Source of the DNA: a virus
Taxonomy: Duplodnaviria; Caudoviricetes
Direction: 5' to 3' (one strand)
DNA length: 64,000 nucleotides
IMG/VR virus record: IMGVR_UViG_3300044295_000323
Span: 897 to 64,896 of that record
Each line of letters begins with the position of its first letter. Position 1 is the first letter of the stretch. Made by a program: the position numbers and the translations under genes. This document shows positions 1 to 8,574 of the stretch, one piece after another. The notes beneath the pieces were generated by a model, which ran no database searches, was not told where the DNA came from, and worked only from the letters and a program-made list of their open reading frames with translations.

Positions 1-47
1 CCGAGTCCCTTCGTCACGGTGACGTTATACAGAATCCGCTCAGCCAT
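1..47 (-). CDS. 5' part of a gene running off the window edge (MAERILYNVTVTKGL...)
   Basis: ATG overlaps the stop of the 47..754 gene (TAATG); frame is open to base 1. Confidence 0.5.
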   Translation of the reverse strand, partial: MAERILYNVTVTKGL

Positions 48-754
48 TAGCGGCCCTGTCGCATCTTCAGCGGACCGAGGTCACGGTTCTGGTTGCTCGG
101 CACCCACTCCGTGACACGGAGGCGAGCCTGCACCATTTCACCGCTCGGACCCTGGGCTTCCGTACGCCAGGTGCCGTCGCTGTTCCGGAACGCCGAGGCG
201 CCCAGTTCAGCGGCCTTGTACGCGGCCTTCTTGTCCACGCCGTTCGCGATCTGCGCCTTCGCGTAGTTCACGTCCGTGCCCTTGTAGCCCAGACGAACCG
301 TGATCACGGGGTTCGTGCCGAGCATCTTGGCTAGCGCGTGGATGTTCTCGTTGAAGTCGGCCGTGACTTCGGTCGCATCGATCGACGCCAGGAGCTGGCA
401 GAACGGGTAGGTCTTCGGACCCGCGATCAGCTCGCCCGTCTTCCAGTTCTTGGGCTGGAAGCCGTTGGTGTAGATGTCCTCGAACACGCCGTAGCTGTCA
501 CCGCCGCTGTTCGCCTGACCCGAACCGTCATCAACGATGGCGATGCGGTTGACGAAGAAGATCGGATTGCCCTTCTTGTCCGTCAGCATTTCCTTGGTGT
601 CCTTGTTGGTCTTGACACCACCCGACACGACGCGCACCCTGTAGTAGCCCGGCGTGGGGAGCGGACCGTCCTGGCCCTTTTCGCGACCCTCGGTCACCGA
701 CTTGGGATCGAAATCGAACGAATCATCGTGGAACTGCACATCCTGCTGCAACAT
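47..754 (-). CDS. putative ssDNA-binding protein (DUF669-like)
   Basis: PLPTPGYYRVRVV N-terminal pattern; directly follows the Sak4-like ATPase, as in exonuclease-Sak4-SSB modules; SD AAAGG. Confidence 0.5.
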   Translation of the reverse strand: MLQQDVQFHDDSFDFDPKSVTEGREKGQDGPLPTPGYYRVRVVSGGVKTNKDTKEMLTDKKGNPIFFVNRIAIVDDGSGQANSGGDSYGVFEDIYTNGFQPKNWKTGELIAGPKTYPFCQLLASIDATEVTADFNENIHALAKMLGTNPVITVRLGYKGTDVNYAKAQIANGVDKKAAYKAAELGASAFRNSDGTWRTEAQGPSGEMVQARLRVTEWVPSNQNRDLGPLKMRQGR

Positions 755-859
755 AGTCGTTACCTTTTCTCTGTCTCGTTTGTTGTTTACTTATGTAAGA
801 GCCCCTCGCCCCTACACTACTTAGGATGCCGCCTCGTTGTTGAGGTTACATCCTAATCT

Positions 860-927
860 TGGTTGCAGGGGGCCGGTCTTTCACCGGCATCGTCCTTCCC
901 TGGCCTGTCGCCAGCCAACCCCCCTGC
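860..927 (-). ncRNA. tRNA-like structure lacking a D-arm, in the SSB leader
   Basis: 7-bp stem GCAGGGG/CCCCTGC stacked on a 5-bp arm GCCGG-TGAAAGA-CCGGC; 3' end AACCA; inner hairpin CTGGC/GCCAG. Confidence 0.4.
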
Positions 928-933
928 TTGAAC

Positions 934-1932
934 TTACACTTTGAGACGCTGGGTTGCCAGCGCCAGGTCGTTTACCCGGGCCTTGCGTCCGTCGGCCAGA
1001 GCCTGGTAGAACTTTAACAACGCATCCCCCGGCGTGTCGGCCGAGAAGAACTGCGGGAACGTGTCGTCGACGCCACGAGTACACGCCGTGTACTTGACCA
1101 TCGTGTTGCCCTGGGGCGAGTAGTGAGGACGGGTGTAGATGCGGTAGTCGGAATCCAGATCGTCCACGTTCTTACCCGTGTGCGCGTCGGTCACCTTGGC
1201 CTTCTTCACGGCCGTCATGCAGTGAACCGTATTGTTGAAGTTGCGCTGGATCGAGCCCGTGAGCGCCTTTCCCACAACTTCTGGCCCAATCAGAGATTCC
1301 TTATTGAAATCTTTTTCAGGGTTATTGTCACTTTCATGCGCTGTCCAGAGGACGTATCCCACTGGAAGGTTCTTCGAGCGCTGGAGGCACTCCAGGAGAG
1401 TTCGCTGGGCAACGTTATAATGGCTTGGAGGATTTCCACCAAACGCCGTTCCAGGTCCGCTTTCGAGCTTGCCAGTCTTGGGGTCAACGACTCCTTCGAC
1501 AATACGGATTGGACTGTCCTGTCCGATCTTTTCGCCGCGGCCACTCCTCTCGGCCAGCCCACCCTGGACATTGCCCATGATGTAGGCGCCGGCCACCGAC
1601 AACCCTTCAAACACATAGACACCGATGTTCGTAATGTCGTTCCCAAACGTCTGGTCGCTGTACCCCAGGGGCCTCAGTTCGCCCTTGTGGTCTGGCCACC
1701 AGCCCGACGTTAGCTTCTGCATCGTATCCTGGGGCCAGGGCCGTGTGCCGAACTCGCACACTTCTGCCACGCCCGCCTCGATCAGGTGCTCGTACGTGAG
1801 GGCTGACCCGTCGCCCACGACCACCCGCGCCTTCTGTCCTGTCGTCTTATACACATGCTCGATCAATCGAGCGCATGCCTCAGACTTCCCTGTCGCCGGT
1901 CCACCGTATACGCAATCAAAAACTTTGCTCAT
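934..1932 (-). CDS. Sak4-like / AAA_24 P-loop ATPase (ssDNA annealing)
   Basis: Walker A VYGGPATGKS, YVFEGLS Walker-B-like, LWTAHE motif; sits between exonuclease and SSB. Confidence 0.7.
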   Translation of the reverse strand: MSKVFDCVYGGPATGKSEACARLIEHVYKTTGQKARVVVGDGSALTYEHLIEAGVAEVCEFGTRPWPQDTMQKLTSGWWPDHKGELRPLGYSDQTFGNDITNIGVYVFEGLSVAGAYIMGNVQGGLAERSGRGEKIGQDSPIRIVEGVVDPKTGKLESGPGTAFGGNPPSHYNVAQRTLLECLQRSKNLPVGYVLWTAHESDNNPEKDFNKESLIGPEVVGKALTGSIQRNFNNTVHCMTAVKKAKVTDAHTGKNVDDLDSDYRIYTRPHYSPQGNTMVKYTACTRGVDDTFPQFFSADTPGDALLKFYQALADGRKARVNDLALATQRLKV

Positions 1933-2212
1933 TCGCATCTCCTACACTTGTATGATGCGCCTCCCAGAAGATGGTTACATTCTTATATTCGGGCCACAAG
2001 CTGATCCCAAGTGGCGTATAACGGGCATGTCGATCGCTCGTGATGTAGAACCGCAGATTGCCTGTGATGACGCCGGCGTTACGCATGTCGTGACACAGTT
2101 GCTTGAAGTCCTCGAAGCTCCCAGCGTAGAGACGCACCGGTGGCTCCCCATCGACGAGTAACGAGGCGGCGTAGTCGGCGGCGAACTTTTGTTCCCAGTC
2201 CTTAATCGTCAT
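1916..2212 (-). CDS. small protein, A-domain-like paralog family
   Basis: MTIKDWEQKFAADYAASLLVDGEPPVRL resembles the N-terminus of 59269..59631; overlapping gene junctions. Confidence 0.55.
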   Translation of the reverse strand: MTIKDWEQKFAADYAASLLVDGEPPVRLYAGSFEDFKQLCHDMRNAGVITGNLRFYITSDRHARYTPLGISLWPEYKNVTIFWEAHHTSVGDANEQSF

Positions 2213-2456
2213 CGTCGGGGTTCCATCGTAAGTCGTAGGGTTGGAGTTTGCGCATACCCCACACAATAAGTGTACGGTTTTCAATCTCTACGCGCACGAA
2301 GTTCCACAGACTGTTGGTCGTCTTCCCTCCTAATCTTTCTACAACATTGTCACCGCTTCGAAGAACCGGTGGGATGTAGCCCTTGGTCAACAAGGCCACA
2401 GCACACTTGGCCTTAATCTGCTCCAGAAGTTCGGACGCCGTGGGCTCAGTATTCAT
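2202..2456 (-). CDS. small protein, A-domain-like paralog family
   Basis: N-terminal helix LLEQIKAKCAVALLTKG; SD GGAG. Confidence 0.5.
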   Translation of the reverse strand: MNTEPTASELLEQIKAKCAVALLTKGYIPPVLRSGDNVVERLGGKTTNSLWNFVRVEIENRTLIVWGMRKLQPYDLRWNPDDDD

Positions 2457-2676
2457 GATCGTCTCCCGGGAACTGGACGCCATCTGGGGATAATCTTTGG
2501 CGCCCGTAGAGCAGAACCCCACGATGTTGGTAGAAACGACTAAAGTTTCCGTCGACCAGCACACTCTTGGCATCCCAGCCGATGTACGCATGCTTAGGCA
2601 ACTCTTCTCCCATCAGCAACTTGGTGGCAAACACGGCATCGAGCTTCTTCAATACGTCCTCTTTACTCAGTGTCAT
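2446..2676 (-). CDS. small protein, A-domain-like paralog family
   Basis: SKEDVLKKLDAVFATKLLMG helix, then PKHAYIG strand and HRGVLLY; SD GAGG. Confidence 0.55.
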   Translation of the reverse strand: MTLSKEDVLKKLDAVFATKLLMGEELPKHAYIGWDAKSVLVDGNFSRFYQHRGVLLYGRQRLSPDGVQFPGDDHEY

Positions 2677-3763
2677 GGTGATCGATCCTCGGTTGGAACG
2701 TGTCTTGGTCAGGCTGCTGTCCTTCCCAGCACATGCCCATATAGGGGCACGCGTAGCCCCAGCCATACTTCAAACAAGCGTCAGACGACCGCTCGACCAG
2801 CCGGCCCAGCAGCGTCTGATATTCCTGGGAGTCGGCGCCGTAGCTCTTGGCACACTCGCTCAGCTGCGCCAGCTTGTCGGCCCACTTGATCTCCGCATCG
2901 ACGGTGGCGTCCTTCGTTTGCAGTAGCTGATTGGGCGGCGGATACAGCGGGCCCGTGGTGCAGAACTGATCCTCGATATCTGTTCCCAGCCAGTCGAAGA
3001 ACTCCGCGTCGTTCCAATGGTAGAGATAATACTTGGCGCTACCGGCCCCCGGGTACTTCTTATGCACGATGCCGCCCTTTGCCCACGCCCGGGTCCACGC
3101 TGAGCCCCAACCTGAGCCGTCCTTCTCGTTCTTGCCAATCAAGAGTCCCTCGTACTGGATGCCCAGCACGGGCTCCTTGGTGCGCTCCACTAGCGCCTGA
3201 ACGTAGAGATGAGTCTGATCGCTGTTGCGATACCGATCCACCCAGTTCGCATCCAAGGAACCAATGGTCTTGAAGTCCACAATCAGCAGGTGCCCGTCGC
3301 TCTTGCGGCGCCAGATCTGGTCCATTCGCAGTGACTGGGCGACCATGGGATGCATCGACCACTGCCACTCCTGTTCGGACGACACGCGCTCGAAGTCCTG
3401 CGAAAGCTGGGTCCAGCGATGTTGCATCCAGCCCTTGACGGCCCGGCGAATTACGGTCTTCCACACGGTCTGCCGCGCTTCGTCCAGGCCCAAAGGTTCC
3501 GGCATAAAGGGCTGCTGTGTCAAGAGCCACGCTTCCCAGTCTTGGCCCTGGATTGCCAAGTCGAGGGCGCCATGGATGAGCTGGCCCCTCACCTTGACAA
3601 ACCCCGCATCCTCCTGGTCATCGCGTGGGCTAATACCGCCGACCTGATCGTCCAAGTTGTATTCGGGGTGTAGTTGATGATAGCCACGGTACCGCTTCAT
3701 CTCGCACAGCTTGCGAGTCGCCACAGCTGACCGGCTGATAAGAATGGGTGCGCTTTTAGCCAC
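2663..3763 (-). CDS. Cas4-like / RecB-family PD-(D/E)XK exonuclease
   Basis: GQLIHGAL, LRMDQIW, IVDFKT, QTHLYV; N-terminal Cys plus C-terminal C-x8-CPYxxxC Fe-S-type cluster; GTG start with SD GAGG. Confidence 0.8.
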   Translation of the reverse strand: MAKSAPILISRSAVATRKLCEMKRYRGYHQLHPEYNLDDQVGGISPRDDQEDAGFVKVRGQLIHGALDLAIQGQDWEAWLLTQQPFMPEPLGLDEARQTVWKTVIRRAVKGWMQHRWTQLSQDFERVSSEQEWQWSMHPMVAQSLRMDQIWRRKSDGHLLIVDFKTIGSLDANWVDRYRNSDQTHLYVQALVERTKEPVLGIQYEGLLIGKNEKDGSGWGSAWTRAWAKGGIVHKKYPGAGSAKYYLYHWNDAEFFDWLGTDIEDQFCTTGPLYPPPNQLLQTKDATVDAEIKWADKLAQLSECAKSYGADSQEYQTLLGRLVERSSDACLKYGWGYACPYMGMCWEGQQPDQDTFQPRIDHHDTE

Positions 3764-4139
3764 AGATGTCCTCGATGTATTCGTCAAATGAGTATGGGCA
3801 GTACATATCAAGCATGCTTTCTGCGAGGTCGGTCTCCCAGACCTTGATACCTGTGGCACCGATTAGTTGGTTCCAATTTGATGGCACCCCCACTATGTCT
3901 GGAATAGCAGAGGCCGACACGTAAAATGACGAGAAGTCGCCCGTTCGTGTCATGAACATCGGCTCTACCGTGATCGTATCGTTGCCGATCATGATCTTAA
4001 GACATTTGCCCACGAGCCCGCGTTCTTTCTTCAAGACGGCCCAGACCGCTCCGCCCACTAAGAGTCCACTAATTTTGACTCCAGTTTCCAGCGTGGCTGC
4101 GACTGCGGCCGCTTCAAGCAGTTGTTGACACTTGCCCAC
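3756..4139 (-). CDS. small protein, A-domain-like paralog family
   Basis: LLEAAAVAATLETG helix, then ISGLLVGGAVWAVLKKE; GTG start with SD AAGGA. Confidence 0.5.
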   Translation of the reverse strand: MGKCQQLLEAAAVAATLETGVKISGLLVGGAVWAVLKKERGLVGKCLKIMIGNDTITVEPMFMTRTGDFSSFYVSASAIPDIVGVPSNWNQLIGATGIKVWETDLAESMLDMYCPYSFDEYIEDICG

Positions 4140-4491
4140 GTCTTCGCTTCCTTTCTTGCTTCCGCTTGTCTCGGTTGGCCTTGACGGGCCCGCCGGCAAC
4201 GGGGCGCCTATCAAAGGGGATCACGTCTTCAATGACTCGGCGCTTCCATGTACCGTTCTCCACTAGCCGAATACCCCACTTTGGGGCCGCTGTCACAAAG
4301 TACAGCCTATACTTGTCCCCTAATTCATAGGGTCTAGCCGGAAAGTTCGGGAGGTTCAACATCTCGGCCAGTTTTAATCCGACGTCGATATCAGTTCTTC
4401 CGCTACTCCAGAACTTCAATTCAACGCCGCCGATAATCTCAGCCATGATGGCCGCCTTCAAAAACTCTAGCGCTTCCTCTGCGGTCGCCAC
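4114..4491 (-). CDS. small protein, A-domain-like paralog family with basic tail
   Basis: TAEEALEFLKAAIMAEIIGG helix; DKYRLYF...WGIRLV matches DKKLHVF...WGIRVV of 58985..59272; start could be 4545. Confidence 0.55.
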   Translation of the reverse strand: MATAEEALEFLKAAIMAEIIGGVELKFWSSGRTDIDVGLKLAEMLNLPNFPARPYELGDKYRLYFVTAAPKWGIRLVENGTWKRRVIEDVIPFDRRPVAGGPVKANRDKRKQERKRRRGQVSTTA

Positions 4492-4592
4492 GCGCCGAGC
4501 TGTGCGATCAGCGCGACCGGCCAGCACAGGATCCACATTATCCATCCCGGCCCCCTAGGTTTCCACTCGCTTGGTTGATTTTCCTCTGCCAT
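4467..4592 (-). CDS. 41-aa membrane peptide (not in ORF track)
   Basis: MAEENQPSEWKPRGPGWIMWILCWPVALIAQLGAWRPQRKR; SD GAAAGG. Confidence 0.45.
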   Translation of the reverse strand: MAEENQPSEWKPRGPGWIMWILCWPVALIAQLGAWRPQRKR

Positions 4593-4668
4593 GTCGCCAC
4601 CTTTCTACATATGAGATGGCGCAGGCGCGTGAGACGTTACCTCCTCTCCCCTGTGTAAAACAGGGGTG

Positions 4669-4696
4669 AAAAGAAGAAAGCCGGCGCTGGCCGGCT
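4669..4696 (-). terminator. intrinsic terminator
   Basis: AGCCGGC-CAGC-GCCGGCT followed by TTCTTCTTTT downstream of the helicase. Confidence 0.75.
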
Positions 4697-4730
4697 CCTT
4701 CCCAATTACGATTCTGTCGTGTGTTGGTCA

Positions 4731-5705
4731 TTATTGTCCGTTCGTTGTGGGGGCCGGTGTTGGCCCCGTTTGTGCAGTCTGCCCATAGAGATGGGGGAAG
4801 TACTTATGAATACGACGAATAGCCGACGAGCGCGAACAGTCGAGCCGCTTAGCTACAATACTTGCCAGCGCATTCTGGCTCGGCTTGCCTCCGAGCTTGA
4901 GCCGCTCAGCATCGATGATCAGCTTGTGCTGCACATCGTCCGCCTCGGGCTGGATGAACACCAGTCCCGTCTGCGGGTCCTGGAAGACCGACTCAATGGT
5001 CTGCCCTGTGGCGCGACCTTTGAACATTAACCGTTTCTGTGTGAGTTTCATCACGACGTCCATGCGGCCGGCGACATATGAGGATCCACGCCCCTGGTCC
5101 ATCATGTCGTCGTCGCCGCTCACCGTCATCATGGAGTCCTTACGACTATGACTCAGCAGCATAATGGCCGACGGCCGGCACGCGTCCACAAGGTGAGCAA
5201 TCACATTCCGCATGGTCGTCGAATCGTTTTCGTCCCCGCCGTGTACTTCACGGAGGGTGTCGATGATCGTCAACACTGGCTTGATCGCGGCGATGGATTG
5301 CTTCAACCATGTGAGCTCGGTCTGAGCCGGATTGAGGATATTAAACGGAAACTCGGGCACCTGGTACATGTCCGCAATCCACAGGTTGCTCCCGCCCCCG
5401 TTGACAAACTTGATGCGCCCGAGACGGTCTGACCATTCTTCACGGGGCGTATCGATCTGGAGGTAGGCGACGGGCCCGGGGAGTCTGATGTCATAGCCAC
5501 ACCAGTCTTCCCGGCCGTCCACGATGGCCTGCGCCATCGACAGAGCGAGAAAACTCTTACCGGTCTTTGGTTTACCGAAGACGTTGATCAAGCCACCAAC
5601 GGGAATGAGCTTGTCGATGACCCAGGGCTGGGGGGCTTTGGGTAACGCGAGGTAGGAATCTGCGGGAACGAAAAACGTGGCTGGTTCAGTGACGGGCTGG
5701 GTCAA
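4731..5705 (-). CDS. RecA-fold replicative helicase (AAA_25 / RepA-like)
   Basis: Walker A FGKPKTGKS, IIDTLR Walker B, GDENDS, LLSHSRK, GRGSS motifs. Confidence 0.8.
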   Translation of the reverse strand: MTQPVTEPATFFVPADSYLALPKAPQPWVIDKLIPVGGLINVFGKPKTGKSFLALSMAQAIVDGREDWCGYDIRLPGPVAYLQIDTPREEWSDRLGRIKFVNGGGSNLWIADMYQVPEFPFNILNPAQTELTWLKQSIAAIKPVLTIIDTLREVHGGDENDSTTMRNVIAHLVDACRPSAIMLLSHSRKDSMMTVSGDDDMMDQGRGSSYVAGRMDVVMKLTQKRLMFKGRATGQTIESVFQDPQTGLVFIQPEADDVQHKLIIDAERLKLGGKPSQNALASIVAKRLDCSRSSAIRRIHKYFPHLYGQTAQTGPTPAPTTNGQ

Positions 5706-5764
5706 GATTAGGCTCCTAGGGCTGAGATGCCAGCCCTAGGGCCCCGGTTACACCGGCTGCAGTT

Positions 5765-6184
5765 CTAGTCATGGTTTGGTTTCCTCAGCATGAGACGATC
5801 CAGGCGCCACCTCCACCACGTACGGCGCGGCACGAACTTGGCGCAATAACGGCTGCTCCGTGAGTCACCACATTCATGGTACCGTCTCCACTCAAACCAC
5901 GTTGAGTAGTCCCACTCCGTGATACCTCTGACGTAGCGGAATGCGGGTCTGTCATTTGGCCTCATCATGCAGCGCCATTCAGATGGGCCCATCTCCAGAG
6001 CTAAGGCGGCCCAAATCCGCTGCTGTAGAGTGTACCGGAACCGAAGATCGCAGTCCCTGCAGGCATTGGTCGGTGTACCCGTGAGGGTTTCAGATGTGTA
6101 GAACGCGAGGCGTTTCGCCTTGGCCCGTGAGGTCCTGGCCCAGAGAGCCAAGACCACCACGGTGCCTATCGTGAGTGTCCACAT
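5765..6184 (-). CDS. Cys-rich protein with N-terminal TM segment
   Basis: hydrophobic N-terminus, CRDC and three further Cys, C-terminal RRTWW. Confidence 0.55.
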   Translation of the reverse strand: MWTLTIGTVVVLALWARTSRAKAKRLAFYTSETLTGTPTNACRDCDLRFRYTLQQRIWAALALEMGPSEWRCMMRPNDRPAFRYVRGITEWDYSTWFEWRRYHECGDSRSSRYCAKFVPRRTWWRWRLDRLMLRKPNHD

Positions 6185-6185
6185 C

Positions 6186-6617
6186 TTATTTGCCCAACGT
6201 CTTGGTAGCGCCAAGCGCCCTCATTGCGTTAGAGTACGCCGCCATCTGAGCCACGTTGACTGCGGTACCAGCCGTCTCGTTAGCGTCTTCCTCTCCGTCC
6301 ATCACGAGAACGGCGAGGGCGGCGGTGAGTTGATCCAGCTGGGCGCGGATGGACTTGAGCTCCTCGGCGGCCATCCTGGCCAGCTCAGTCTTGGAGAGCC
6401 GGCGCCGACGCTCCTCTTCCATCTGCCGCTGCTGCTCCATGTACTGCTTGAGCATTTTCATGGTGTATTCTGCGTCTCGTCGTTCGTTCATACGATCCTT
6501 CCACGCTTCGGTTGTTGTCTTGACTTTCATCCAGTCGCCGCCCCCGGCGCCAGTAGGCCAGAAGGGGCCCTGCGTGGGGTCATAGGAAACGTACTGCGGA
6601 TTGTAGATGTTACTCAT
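6186..6617 (-). CDS. coiled-coil hypothetical protein
   Basis: SD GGAG before MSNIYNPQ; heptad-rich. Confidence 0.55.
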   Translation of the reverse strand: MSNIYNPQYVSYDPTQGPFWPTGAGGGDWMKVKTTTEAWKDRMNERRDAEYTMKMLKQYMEQQRQMEEERRRRLSKTELARMAAEELKSIRAQLDQLTAALAVLVMDGEEDANETAGTAVNVAQMAAYSNAMRALGATKTLGK

Positions 6618-6885
6618 CTGTGCTGCTCCGGTGCCCGACGTGGTAAGACTTGCACCGGACGCACCAATAGACGTCGATGGGCCGGTCGGATACGATGTCG
6701 TTACGCTCTTCGTACCGCTTAAGTGATCGAGCTGCCGCCTCAGCCAGCCCCTCTGAACGATGCCGCTTTTTCCCGACGCAGCCTCGGATGACTTTGGCTG
6801 GGAACTTGTGTCGGGTCTTGATGAACTTTCCGAACCACAAGAGTCCTGCACATGGAGCTCCTGTTCCGACGATGGTGTTGTACAT
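6610..6885 (-). CDS. small Zn-binding phage protein
   Basis: CVGKKRH...VYWCVRCKSYHVGH pattern. Confidence 0.6.
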   Translation of the reverse strand: MYNTIVGTGAPCAGLLWFGKFIKTRHKFPAKVIRGCVGKKRHRSEGLAEAAARSLKRYEERNDIVSDRPIDVYWCVRCKSYHVGHRSSTDE

Positions 6886-6889
6886 GACA

Positions 6890-7258
6890 TTACCTAGTCT
6901 CCTTTCGCTCAAACTTTGCCTTAAGTTCCTCGTACTTCTTGCGATCCTTTTCCTTCTTGGCGTCTTCGCGTTTCTTGATAGCCGCTGCACGAGCCGCCTT
7001 GTGCTTCTCTTGTTCTACCTCTTGCTGCTGGATGAATCCACGGATTGAGTTCAGGCGAACCTGAATCGGCACGTCGTCCTTCACGATCACCACCGAGTGC
7101 CTGCCATGCGGCATTTTCAAATGGTGGTGCCACTTCATGAGCTGCCGAAGTTCCTCGTCCGTGATGTGCTCCCAGTCTGAGATGCTGTCAACGATCACCG
7201 CCGACGAACCGTAGTCTGTGTCGGAATCGTACACGGCAAGAATCTTAACGTCCGGCAT
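6890..7258 (-). CDS. hypothetical protein
   Basis: SD AAGGAG; ends EKDRKKYEELKAKFE. Confidence 0.65.
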   Translation of the reverse strand: MPDVKILAVYDSDTDYGSSAVIVDSISDWEHITDEELRQLMKWHHHLKMPHGRHSVVIVKDDVPIQVRLNSIRGFIQQQEVEQEKHKAARAAAIKKREDAKKEKDRKKYEELKAKFERKETR

Positions 7259-7259
7259 C

Positions 7260-7391
7260 TTACTCTCCTTCCTCTCTCTGATGCTTCCAGTTGAGTTTGT
7301 GTTTCACCTGGGTACGCCGGTCCCGGTGGGCCCGAGTGGGCTTGGGGATCGGCGCCCGTGGCAGCTTCGGCTTCTTCGTTGGCTTCTTCAT
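7260..7391 (-). CDS. 43-aa basic peptide
   Basis: ATGA overlap with upstream stop; PTRAHRDRRTQVKHKLNW. Confidence 0.55.
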   Translation of the reverse strand: MKKPTKKPKLPRAPIPKPTRAHRDRRTQVKHKLNWKHQREEGE

Positions 7392-7669
7392 TTGGCGGCT
7401 CGCAAGTGCCACCAGCGACGGGGCTTTTCCTTTGGCTCCCAGAGTTTCCCCTCTGGGCCGCAATCGTAACCCGTCTGGCGGTGTGTTTCGCACTTTACTG
7501 CCTGACCCTGCTCTTCCATTTCTCCTGTCAAAAGGTTCACGCTCTTTGTGATGCGGTACCCGCAGTCGTATTCTGTGTAGTAGCCCTTGCGTCGGTGCTT
7601 ACAGTCTTTGCAGAACTTGAGCGGGTACCCCCGAGTTAATGTTTCGTATGCTTTATCTATGGCGTTCAT
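7388..7669 (-). CDS. Cys-rich protein (CxDC...C...C...C, RRWW tail)
   Basis: FCKDCKH...DCGPEGKLWEPKEKPRRWW. Confidence 0.65.
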   Translation of the reverse strand: MNAIDKAYETLTRGYPLKFCKDCKHRRKGYYTEYDCGYRITKSVNLLTGEMEEQGQAVKCETHRQTGYDCGPEGKLWEPKEKPRRWWHLRAAK

Positions 7670-7968
7670 TCCTGGGTTCCTCGTTGTTGACGAAGCGCTT
7701 CTCGTTGATCACGACACTTCATCAGCTTCTTGTTCTTGTCTGCCAGCTCCCCCTTCAGCCGCTCGATCTCGGCTGAGAGGGTGGTGAGCTGGGCCAACAC
7801 GGCATCAATGGCCGCGACTTCCTCGCGCCATTCCTCTGCAAATATCTCGTCCCCAAGCGCCACCGGCTTAGCAAGATCGCGGGCCAAAACAAAGCGCCGA
7901 TCCTTCAGCACCTTGATGGCTGTTTCCGTCTGCTGGCCTGGCGTCTCCGGCTGCTTGATCTCGCTCAT
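7666..7968 (-). CDS. coiled-coil hypothetical protein
   Basis: SD AAGGAG; ATGA overlaps. Confidence 0.6.
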   Translation of the reverse strand: MSEIKQPETPGQQTETAIKVLKDRRFVLARDLAKPVALGDEIFAEEWREEVAAIDAVLAQLTTLSAEIERLKGELADKNKKLMKCRDQREALRQQRGTQE

Positions 7969-8234
7969 TTGGACTCCTTCGGCTCCGGTAATGGAAACAG
8001 AACGGGCTTTTGTGCTTCGCGCACGAATTGCCGGAATTGACCGACCGATACACACCACACCTGCCACTCGCTCCCGAAGTTGGCGTCTTGGAAACACAAC
8101 GGCCGCACGTCTGGAACTTCACGCCTGATAACAAGTTGATCAGTCTTATCGTTGGCTACATCTGTCTTTCCTGCGACAGCGTTATCACAGGCCGTAGCCA
8201 ATAGCGCCAACGCGACCATTACCAACATTCTCAT
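7965..8234 (-). CDS. putative lipoprotein
   Basis: MRMLVMVALALLATAC lipobox signal. Confidence 0.6.
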   Translation of the reverse strand: MRMLVMVALALLATACDNAVAGKTDVANDKTDQLVIRREVPDVRPLCFQDANFGSEWQVWCVSVGQFRQFVREAQKPVLFPLPEPKESK

Positions 8235-8380
8235 GGCTGCTCCCTCACAACTGTTGCCGTCCGGCAGAAGTGACAGAATTTCACTCGCTTCTCCTGCCTG
8301 GTCAGTTCGCGGAAGATGCCCCGACGATGGCAGCAGGGGCATTGCGTGACCACCTGTTTCATCCTGGCGCTGAGGGTCAT
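8231..8380 (-). CDS. 49-aa Zn-finger peptide (not in ORF track)
   Basis: CPCC...CHFC; ATGA overlaps at both ends. Confidence 0.55.
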   Translation of the reverse strand: MTLSARMKQVVTQCPCCHRRGIFRELTRQEKRVKFCHFCRTATVVREQP

Positions 8381-8574
8381 GGCTGCTCCTGTGCGGAAAT
8401 GTTCTGCTCGATGGCGTCTTCCAGTCCCTCGAAGTTGATCTTCAGGTCGATCAGAGACGCAAGCAGGTCTTGACGCCTGCGATAGCGGGCCTCAAGCGCA
8501 TCCAGCGAATCACGCACGTCGTCGATAAATGGCTGCACCGCAATCGCGGGCTCGTATCGCTTGCGCTTGCTCAT
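8377..8574 (-). CDS. hypothetical protein
   Basis: SD AGGAG; ATGA overlaps. Confidence 0.55.
   Translation of the reverse strand: MSKRKRYEPAIAVQPFIDDVRDSLDALEARYRRRQDLLASLIDLKINFEGLEDAIEQNISAQEQP

Noticed and set aside
860-927. Canonical tRNA gene
   Set aside because: No D-arm, no TTC loop and no 7-nt anticodon loop; kept only as a tRNA-like element.
2663-3763. Cas4 as evidence of a CRISPR system
   Set aside because: Solo Cas4-like nucleases next to Sak4 and SSB are ordinary phage recombination exonucleases.
6186-6890. 234-aa ORF fully overlapping 6610..6885 (dual coding)
   Set aside because: The extension is Ser-rich shadow sequence; a good SD precedes the internal ATG at 6617, and the other frame has a recognisable Zn motif.
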